Positions 53,912 to 64,000 of a stretch of DNA of 64,000 bases are shown here, in pieces (the stretch's first letter is position 1; each line of letters opens with the position of its first letter). The translations under genes and the position numbers were made by a program. Below the pieces are notes generated by a model. It saw only the letters and a program-made list of their open reading frames with translations, had not been told where the DNA came from and did no database searches. This stretch comes from Camelus dromedarius. Lineage: Eukaryota. The stretch lies in the NCBI RefSeq assembly GCF_036321535.1, contig NC_087436.1, forward strand, positions 57,724,001 to 57,788,000, given 5' to 3'.

Positions 53912-54416
53912 TTTATTAGTTTTCCATTACTCAATAACAAATTACCCCCAAACTTAGTGGCTTAGAACAACAAACACTTATCATCTCATAACTTTTGTGG
54001 TACAAAAATCTGAGAGTAGTTTATCTAGGTAGTTCTGGTTCTCTTATCTCTCATGTATCTGGGGCTGCAAGCATTCAAAGCCTGCCACGGGAGGATTTGC
54101 TTCCAAAATAGGTTATTCATATGGCTGGCAACCTCATGCTGCCTTGTTGGCAGAAGGTCTCAGGTCCACATGGTATCTCCACAGGGCTTGCCTGAGTGTC
54201 CTCACGAGGCTAGCTCTCCCCAGAACAAGTGATTCAAGAGAGAAAGGCAGAAGCTACAAGTTATTTTTGGACCTAATGTTAAAAGTTACACACCATCATT
54301 TTCTCAAAATTCTATTAATTACACAGATCAGACCTATTCAATGAGGGAGCAGAATACACAAATTGCTGAAATGAAGAAAGTCTCTCTCGGGACCATGTTG
54401 GAAGCCAGCTACCATA
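53912..54416 (-). mobile_element. MLT1 (F/G-like) solo LTR
   Basis: ataacaaattacccccaaacttagtggcttagaacaacaaacacttatcatctca...gaagccagctaccata. Confidence 0.85.
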
Positions 54417-54541
54417 GGGCAAGGGGAAGTAATATAAATGAGTTAAATTCTCATCTATTATCATGGATAATCGGTAGACAAGGTCTAGAATTAATAAATT
54501 AAAAAGAACGATACATATATTGGTTAGAGACATGAAACTAA

Positions 54542-55195
54542 CTGGTGATGTGATGGAGCCAGCCTGTACAAACTTGCAAGACCCAGTAAATTTTCAGGAA
54601 TTTTGTAAGCTGGTTGTTAAACACATCCATTATTAAAAATAAAACTATAAAAACTTCTAAAAATACATTATGAGCAAAGCTAATAAATACTCAAAATTTG
54701 TTTCCAAATTACTTTACTATATATCGTACTTTCATCTAGGCTCTTGAGATTATTTCCAGAATACCACATAATAGTGTTACTGCACATTTCCTCTTGACTC
54801 TGCTCAGTGATGTCATGTTGGTATCATGGTTGAAACCAGTCATGACAAGAATATACCACAGATACCAGTGAGTGCTACATATCAGGGCTTGATTTATTGT
54901 TTTATTGATTTTCTAGATTTAAGAAACTAATGGAAAATGTCAGTGATGGCAGTTAAGTTTAAAAGTGTGCCATTAGTATAGCTATTAAACTGTAAATAGC
55001 ACAAAAAAACCCTGAGGAAATAATCTAATGTTCAAAACCTGGTATCCATTTTAGCCCCCCCAAAATCCCATGATTAATGAACAATGAAATTTGTTGTTTT
55101 ATTTTCATATTATTTATATAAATGGGAATATCAGCCAATAAACTTGAACCAAACTTGAAGAGCTGATTGTTAAATATTTACCAGCACATCACTGG
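54542..55195 (+). mobile_element. MER63-like hAT-Blackjack DNA transposon
   Basis: Terminal inverted repeats ctggtgatgtgatgg / ccagcacatcactgg; internal aaattttcaggaattttgtaagctggttgttaaacaca. Confidence 0.8.
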
Positions 55196-55413
55196 AGATA
55201 ACCAACCAGAAAACTAACAACTAAATAGTTAACCATGTTTCCTTCTGAGGAGCAGGAAAGTAGAGGCTGGGGGTGTTGGTGCTTTTTACAAGCAAACCGT
55301 TTTGTAATACTGGATTATTTTTTAACTAGGTGTATATACTAGTTTAAATAGAAAACTTTCCTTAAAATAGTTTACAAGTCATGAAAACATCCTCTGATTT
55401 GCTTGGCCATAGT

Positions 55414-55898
55414 TTTGGGAGACTGCTCTCTAGGAATCTCACTTATTTGTGTTAACTTGTGAACAGAGGTAAAAACGGCCCTTTCATTCTAGACTATCTT
55501 CTAAAGGACATTACTATAGAGAACAGTCTTAGAAAACCGAGGGTCTCACTCCAGAGCAAAGGTAAGTTTGCTTATAGTATAATAAAGATAATGTTTCCCC
55601 ATAGGGCAAAGACTAGCCAGGCTTACTGTTAGGGACTCTTCAGCTATGATGCGAATCTATTGTGTATTCAGCCTTCACCTGGGTCCCTCAGTGTAAACTC
55701 CATGGAACCTGGTGGGGTAAGGGGGTGACAGGGGTATTGGGGCATACCTGAATCTTATACCTCTTGTACTGCAGCAATAAATTCCTTTGTCTCTAACCCA
55801 AAAATTCTGTGTCCCTTACCAGTATCCATGAAATTGTGGAAGGCTCATGTGATAGTTTGCAAGTAAGGTGAAAATCAACCCTTCACAGTCCTCAATAG
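55414..55898 (+). mobile_element. ERV1 solo LTR, MER90-like
   Basis: ttgggagac...ccagagcaaaggtaagtttgctta...tataataaagataatgt...aataaattcctttgtctctaaccc...acccttcacagtcctcaata. Confidence 0.75.
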
Positions 55899-55959
55899 TA
55901 AGCTTCTAAAAAAGCATCAAATTATCAAAAATAAAAATTTATTTCTTTCTCTAGCATTG

Positions 55960-56130
55960 GTATAGAGAAATTTACCAAGTTTAATGAAGCTTAAGCTTTG
56001 GGGTCCTTGATTCTCATTGGTTCCTGCAAAGATTCTCATACCTAACTTGGATTCATAATAGTTAATTTTTCTTCTTAAAGGGAGCACCCAGATTTATTAT
56101 GCGTCAAGTTCTAAAAACTTTGATCCATCT
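55960..56130. mobile_element. MER53-like hAT MITE
   Basis: taatgaagcttaagctttggggtcct...ttcttaaagggagcaccc...aaaactttgatccatc. Confidence 0.65.
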
Positions 56131-57419
56131 ATAAGTTCCTGGTTTACAAAATTTGCTAGTGTAAAAAACTATGATTGACATAATTATTGCCTATACTTTT
56201 CTATTAAAAACGCAGTATGATTTAGGACATGGGAGCTATAGCTAAACATGGTGATTAAATCAATGGCTTTGCTAGAGATCTGTAGTTTTTTACTGAGCTA
56301 ATGACATAGTCACATATCAACTGGTTCAACTGTAAAATTATTACACCAGTTGCTCAGAAACCCACATGAATGAGGTGATAAGTTTTTATAAAATATAAGG
56401 AAAATAATAATCATAAGGACAGTTAGGATTACAACTGAATTAAATTTTTGTAGATTATTATATGGACATTAAGCTTTCTCAATGTTCGTACATTTGACAT
56501 TTTCAATTGAAAACTTTGAGTATTCTGGGAGGATATATCTTTTGGTAAGGTCTACATGAGATTTCTTGGGATTAAATTTTGGAAAATCTCCATTAGAAAA
56601 AAATCAATCTATAAGTAGTTACATAAATGGTCTATATTTCTCAAAAAACAAATGATTCTGGTCTTTGCCACTTGCTGCTCTATAATAAATGCCACTTTAT
56701 GGAGTGGTTTAAACACACATGTATGAACCAGTAAAAATCCCTAAGACTTTCATGTTACTAATATTCAATATATTATAATCTGTCCAGATACCAAGAATAT
56801 CACTATCATCTACATTATTTCAATATAAAATAGAGAAGTATATATTGTCTCAAAAACAGCCTATGGAATACCTAAGTTGTTTACCCTGTTCTCCTAACAT
56901 ACAGCTGACTTTTTTTTCATATCATGTACATCATTTAAATAAATGCATAACTTCCTTTTAAATAAAATGATTTATAACAAGTCATTAGATGTTTAGCTCT
57001 TTCAAACAGCACTCACCACTAGCAGTAAAGTTATTAGTTATTAGCTCATTGTTGGATAATCCAGTCTTTGAGAATAGATACAGTTTCAGTAACCTTTGTA
57101 TCACTACTCAGCTCTGGTTTTCTCATGTGTAAAATGACAATACTATCCATCACTGAACATATAAAGTGCTCTATCTTGTAAAATGCTCTCTAAATTAGGA
57201 GCAGAGAATAGGAAAAGGTAATTACATTTCACAAGAACTTAATGTAATGGGAAAAATGCCTTATATGTCAAAATATTAAGAGAAGCTATAAAATAGGTAC
57301 TAAAAACCAAGTGACATAAAATAATCATGTTTTACCTATGCATTTTTAACTTTTGTATAGAACAACAACAACAAAAAACCCTGCATTTGATTTATTTTGT
57401 AACCTTAAAAATGATCAGC

Positions 57420-58677
57420 CTAGAACACTCCCTTACACCATACACAAAAATAAACTCAAAATGGATCAAAGACAAGATACAATAAACCTCCTAGAGGAAA
57501 ATATAGGCAAAACATTACCCGACATACATGTCAAAAATTTTCTCCTAGAAGAAATAAAAGCAAGAATAAACAAATGGGACCTAATGAAACTTACAAGCTT
57601 CTGCACAGCAAAGGAAACCATAAGTAAAACAAAAAGACAACCTACAGAATGGGAGAAAATCTTTGCAAATGAAACCGACAAAGGCTTGATCTCCAGAATA
57701 TATAAGCAGCTCATACGATTTAATAAGAAACAACCAAACAACCCAATCCAAAGATGGGCAAAAGACCTGAACAAGTAATTCTCCAAGGAAGACATACAAA
57801 TGATCAATAAGCACATGAAAAAATGCTGAATATCACTAATTATCAGAGAAATGCAAATCAAAACTACAATGAGGTATCACCTCACACCAGTCAGAATGGC
57901 CATCATTCTAAAATCCACAAATGACAAATGCTGGAGAGGCTGTGGAGAAAGGGGAACCCTCCTACACTGCTGGTGGGAATGCAGTTTGGTGCAGCCACTG
58001 TGGAAAACAGTATGGAGAATCCTCAAAAGACTAGGAATAGACTTACCGTATGACCCAGGAATCCCACTCCTGGGCTTATATCCAGAAGGAACCCTACTTC
58101 AGGATGACACCTGCACCCCAAGGTTCATAGCAGCACTATTTACAATAGGCAAGACATGGAAATAGCTTAAATGTCCATCAACAGATGACTGGATAAAGAA
58201 GATGTGGTATATTTATACAATGGAATACTACTCAGCCATAAAAACTGACAACATAACACCATTTGCAGCAACATGGATGCTCCTGGAGAATGTCATTCTA
58301 AGTGAAGTAAGCCAGAAAGAGAAAGAAAAATACCATATGAGATTGCTCATATGTGGAATCTAAAAAACAAAAACAAAAACAAAAAAACAAAGCATAAATA
58401 CAAAACAGAAATAGACTCATAGACATAGAATACAAACTTGTGGTTGCCAAGGGGGCAGAGGGTGGGAAGGGATAGACAGGATTTCAAAATTGTAGAATAG
58501 ATAAACAAGATTATACTGTATAGCACAGGGAAATATACACAAGATCTTATGGTAGCTCACAGAGAAAAAAATATGACAATGAATATATATATGTTCATGA
58601 ATAACTGAAAAATTGTGCTCTACAGTGGAATTTGACACAACATTGTAAAATGATTATAAGTCAATAAAAAATGTTAA
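57420..58677 (+). mobile_element. Young 5'-truncated L1 (ORF2 C-terminus, 3'UTR, poly-A)
   Basis: ORFs 57353-57778 and 57851-58165 are L1 ORF2-like. The 13-bp TSD reads aaaaatgatcagc (57407-57419) / aaaaaagatcagc (58678-58690) at a canonical TT|AAAA endonuclease site. Confidence 0.97.
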
Positions 58678-59684
58678 AAAAAAGATCAGCAATTTCCCCT
58701 TAAATACTGCAAAGAAGAGAACTTCCAAAGCACCTTTAAGAATTCTGAGATGTTTAACATTTTCCAGCAGTCATGATTAAACAAATGTATTTCTTTTAGT
58801 GAGTTCATTATACAGAATTATAAACATATATATCATAAATGGAAACTACCAAGAACATTACATGATCAATGATGGATCATAGTTTCTCCACTGAAAATAT
58901 TCAATTTCTTATCAGAAATATGAGTTTAAATCTTTGGTTAGGATACAGAGCGTTTTGACCACTTGGGTTTTAAAAGTGAATTTGCAATGCAGTAGATGTG
59001 GAGTGCATTAATTTAAAGCCATTTTAGGGACCATCAAAGGAAACAGACATGTGCAGATAGGCCCCCCACCCCCAAAATCTATAGATAATAGGCTAGTATA
59101 GGATGGGAACCAGGGCGAATTCCAGGCAATTCTATCAGAGAAGAAACATCAACTTGACCTGTATATTTTACAGATCTATTTTATGTGCTACTGAATAACC
59201 TTTAACTACATTAGTAGGCTTCAAAGGAAATTTTCAATAGAAAGATGCAATTTTCTTAAGTGATAATTTCAGTTTACATTACTAACACTTTTAAAGTTTC
59301 TCAGTATTATGTTTTAAATCACGATTCTTGTAATTTTTGAAGTAGGGAACACATTTAAGGAAAGAGAATTTACTTAGGCTAGTAATTTCTACTTGTTGCC
59401 TAGGGGAAACATTTTGTACATATATCTAGCTCAGAATTAATGTTAAAAGAACCCACTGCATTAGCTCCAATTAAATGGAAGAACTGACCATTTGAAAACT
59501 AAAAAATAGATCCTTTACAGAATATTTAAAAAGAATATACATGCTTTCGATTGTATTTTAATACATTATGACCTTTATTAAAACATACGAAATTTCTGTT
59601 TAGTTGAAATTTTGCGTGGCTTGTTTCAAAGAAAAGAAAAAAGTAATTGGCATTTTATACATCAACCATATATAAGAGGCACAG

Positions 59685-60290
59685 AATAATTCAGTTCATT
59701 GCACAAAGCACTCATTGAACATATATGCCAGACATTGTGCTAAGTACTTAGCATATGAAAATAATTAAATTCAGTCTCTAAAATTAAAGGTCTTGTAGTC
59801 TAATTAGTAAAACAGACTTATATGTGTCCAGAATAATGAGGATATTAAAAAAGAAATATATTTGGCATAACTGGGAAGATAGGAAGAAAATCAACCTCAA
59901 AACCTAACTCAGTTTAAAAAGTACTGGACAAAGAAGCCTTCCTGCAGTTGTCAACTGATACACAAACTGAATCTTTTAGGTATGTATAATTTAGACCAGC
60001 AAACAAAAGAAGTAATGCCATGCCAGACAGAAAAAAAAGAGTATAATCAGACAGCAAGGCAAGAAATTATGTCATTATTATAAACAATTACATCACATTT
60101 ACTTCTGTCATTAAATACACTGTGAGTAAGCGAGTAGTAAGAAATTGGGAAAGAGGAGGAGGAGCTCAGATAACGCTATCACTGTATGTCACACTAAGGA
60201 GCCTGACTGTTATCTTACAGGTAACCTGTACCCATTACAAGATTTAAGAATGGTGAGATTTTTTAAAAATTCTTCTTATTAGTATATTGA
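59685..60290 (-). mobile_element. L2 LINE fragment
   Basis: cattgaacatatatgccagacattgtgctaagtact...tatgtcacactaaggagcctgactgttatct. Confidence 0.7.
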
Positions 60291-61479
60291 AAAGAAATGT
60301 CTTTTAACAGTGGTCCTTAATTTGCTTAGCAACATCGTTTGAATAGGTAGTGCAAAGATAAATTTAGCAAATTCCATATCCAAATTAAGACAAATTCTTA
60401 AGATAATTACCAATTATGAAAATAATATGATCTTGAAAATCATCACAGATGAAAGCTGTTTCAACAATTGTTTTTTTCATTTGAAATAAGTAATGGTAAA
60501 CAAATGATACATACCTAACATACTATTTCCTTAGCATGGAAAACATACTTAAAAAATTGATCAACTGTTTTTTGCCATATTTGCAATATATGAATAAATA
60601 TGTCTAATATAGATAACTTTATGCATTTATAAACTGAGAAATAGTTAAAAAGAAAGATAAAACTGGATATTAATCTATGCCCTAGTAGTGATGCAGATTT
60701 AATTAATCTAGTAAATTACTTAAAATTATTTTTTTAAAGAATCAATAGTTTAGTAATTTGCACACAAAAATTGAAAAGTGTGAATTCCATGGGGAAAGCA
60801 ATGTAGTTCCCAGAGATGAATATGTTTTCAAGGACAGAATTTATAAAACTAGAAGGATGAGGGCAACAACCCCAAGCAGAGGTATAACAAACAAAGTTGG
60901 ATACTCTAAATTCAGAATGAAGACGGAAAATTTGTGATTAGAGTGTGACAGGGAGAACGTTAACATGAGTATTTGCAGCTTGTTCCATTCGCTGCCTGCT
61001 TAACCTATACCTAGGATTCAGGGCCCTTTAGCCTCCAATTAATTAACAACCAGGGTAGATAACTGAAAACACTCACTAATATTAGAAGGGGCCAAATGTT
61101 TCTGAAGGAAGAGAAGATGCAAATGTGTTTGGGTTGAGGAGACAACAGGCATCAGTAATTGGTTTTAAGAGGGAAACACAGATGGGGAAGAAAGGGAACC
61201 GTGAAAGTGAAAAAAGAGGAAGTATATTCAGGGAGAAAAAGAGATAGCAACTGAGCTCGAATAAGTGGGGCTTTGGGAAAAGTAAAAGCATGAACAGAAC
61301 TTTAAAGAAGTTTTGCTGAATGTTGTGACTCAAAATTTGTCGGCTACACCCTTATCTCCACACCTTCAGAAAGTAAGTGAAGGCTTTAATTGCTTAGAAA
61401 AATTTTTAGATGCCATGTCTTTGAGAAAAGGTTCACCCTGAGAGTTACAAGTAATTTAACTCAAAATAATTGACACTGA

Positions 61480-62395
61480 AATAGTTAAACTACTTCAAAT
61501 AAAATGAAAGAGCCAAACCAGTAAACAGAAAAGACCTGGATATGGAAAAGCAACCCTACTGGCTAATGAAATATGGAATGTTGTTCAAAGTTCTTACTGA
61601 TATTTCAGGGAAAGAGAAATTAAAACAAATGAGATGCCAGTTTACAATCATATTATCTTTTTTTTTTTTAAACAATACCAAGAGTTGGTTAGAATGAGGC
61701 AACACGGGAACCACTGCTGTTGGAAGTGTTAATTGGTACAAACACTTTGGAGAGCAATTTGGCAACACTTAGTAGATCTGAATATGCCCATAAATTACTG
61801 TCAGCAGCTCCACTTGTAAGTCTCTATTCTAGATAAAATCCCACACGTATGTCTGAGAAGACATATATTGTGATGTTCATTGAAGTATTACTTGCTTTAG
61901 TAGAAAAGAAAAACAACCTAATTAGTCTTCTGCAGGATCTAATTAACATAAAGCTGTGATGTATGCTGTTTATTCATCCAAGGGAATGTTATATGACAGT
62001 GTAAATGAATGAAATAGAGCTACATACATTAAAATGAATGTCTCAAATATATAATGTTGAGGCCAAAAAAAAAAAACCCTTAAAAACATAGAATATTATT
62101 GCCATAAATTCTTAAAATAATATAATGGCATAATTTTGGGTATACAAAATGGAATAAAAGTTCAAAAAACTGCATATAAATAAAATACATCAAATTCCTC
62201 TACAATGAAAGATGAGGAGAAGGAAAAGAGACAAGTGGACTTCCACATATCTGCAATTTTATTTTCATTTAAAGTAAATATCACAAATGTTAATATCTGT
62301 GTAATCTTGGTAGCAAATATATGAATGTGTGCTATATTTTTCTATTTTATATATATATATATATGTTTGAAATATTTTAGAATAAAAAATAGCTT
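61480..62395 (+). mobile_element. Old L1M (ME-like) 3' end
   Basis: cactgctgttggaagtgttaattggtacaaacactttggagagcaatttggcaa...aatgaatgaaatagagctaca. Confidence 0.8.
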
Positions 62396-64000
62396 TGATG
62401 ATAAAGGTCAGAGGAAAAGAAGAAGCAAAACATATGTCTCTGATTTTTAAAAGCTTAATGCTCAAGGATTACCCTTCAGAAATCTTCAGACTGGTTTATA
62501 CTCTGTTGGAGGTGGGCACAAGTTTTTCTTGTTGTTACTATTGTTGTCATTGTTGCTCTATGGCATTTTTATGCTAGATTTTCATTGCCTATCCTCAATA
62601 ACTATGCCTATGACAATATAAAATATGATGGATTGTAAAATCATCAAATGACAGAATATTCCAATTTTACAGAGATAACCTGGCTCCTTTAATTGATTAG
62701 TGTGTAACTGAGGGTGCCTAGACAGGTGTGTGGTTCATTCCTTCCACCCCACACCCAAGTTACTACCTCTCACCTCAACATGGGGGTAAATCCATCTTCC
62801 TGCTATTTGAAGATTCACATTGCTACTGAGATGCCTAAGGTGTCAGAGCAACTCCTTTCCACTGAGGTATGTGACTCTGCACTAGATTTCTAAACTATAG
62901 CGATTGCTAATAATGCATTCTTTAGAAATTGCTGCATGATGTGGTTATATTTACTGAATGACATAAATTATACATATTGTTTGCAAATGTGAATAATTGA
63001 TATCCTAGATGAAAATGATCAGAAGTATTTTGTAGTCTTCAATTAAATCAGTACATGGCTACATTAGAAAACATAACATGACTGACTATTTACAAAAACC
63101 AGCAATTAAAGGCCAGAAGTTAAGAACAGGTCAAGATTCTGGCCGACACTACACTGCCTACGTAAAGGGCAAGCCCATTCATCCTAAGACCTAATACTAT
63201 TAGTGGTAGGATTAGAATTAAGTCCCTTAAAAGCCCCAGAGTCTCTACCTTTAATAGATGTTTATATGTGTCAAATGGGGAGAACTAATAATGTGTCATA
63301 AGTTTATGGTATTTTATGGCCAGTTTAGTGGTTCACATAAATTGCCCTGGAGATCTAATCATATCATTTAGAGAGCAGATGCCACATAAGGAGTGCAACC
63401 GTTTTTCTCATAACAAGTCTTCAGTGAACCTGACTTACTGTCACAGGGCTTCATCTCTGGGAGGTCTGGCATTCGGTTTCAAAACCATTCAGACTCCTAA
63501 TGCTGCCCACAAGGGCGTTAATGATGGTGATGATTTTCCAGTGTGGGTACTTGTCACGAGTGAACTAGACTGAGACCATTACATATTTCATATTAGTCCT
63601 AGAACAGCTGTTGATGTTAGCAGTGTTAATCACAACCAACTTGGGCTGGATTCAAAGTGACCTAGAAGAGCTACATTCTACATCCTGTTATCAATTCCCT
63701 GAAGCAAAGACATTACGTGCTAACATGTCCACATCAATGGAATGCATGTCCTCTGATTACCCCTTATGTGTACAGACTTTTGGCAGAGTCTATGACTAAC
63801 AGCAGGGCTGCATCTAAAGTTCCAGTTAATGTTGTCTGGGCATGGCTCTTCCAAACAGAAAAAGATACATTTTGCCCTACAAGAGATGGTGTCATTATTA
63901 TTATTATAATCACTAGATTAGTGAGGTCCTATTTGTATAAGACTTAACTGTCTGTAGAAAACTGAAAAGAAGATGACATTGTATTGGCTTATATGTAAAA

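Overview
AT-rich, CpG-poor, repeat-dense mammalian genomic DNA with no prokaryotic features. The only supportable coding sequence is a 102-nt minus-strand exon at 2784-2885 ([34 protein letters not shown]). I recognise it as GRID2 (glutamate receptor delta-2, GluD2), most likely the exon numbered 9 in human, at the ATD/S1 boundary. The rest of the window is therefore intronic: 1-2783 is the start of the downstream intron and 2886-64000 is the 3' part of the very long upstream intron. The introns hold two young 5'-truncated L1s with target-site duplications (one inside a solo ERV LTR), older L1s, MaLR/ERV LTRs, MIR, L2, DNA transposons and readable CR1/L3 fossils. The repeat content suggests a cetartiodactyl, probably a camelid (inference). 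I found no convincing novel biological system. The best leads are a candidate frameshifting microexon at 8851-8867 and an ancient CR1 element apparently split across about 12 kb. Repeat families were called by eye from remembered consensus sequences, and boundaries are approximate unless a TSD is quoted.
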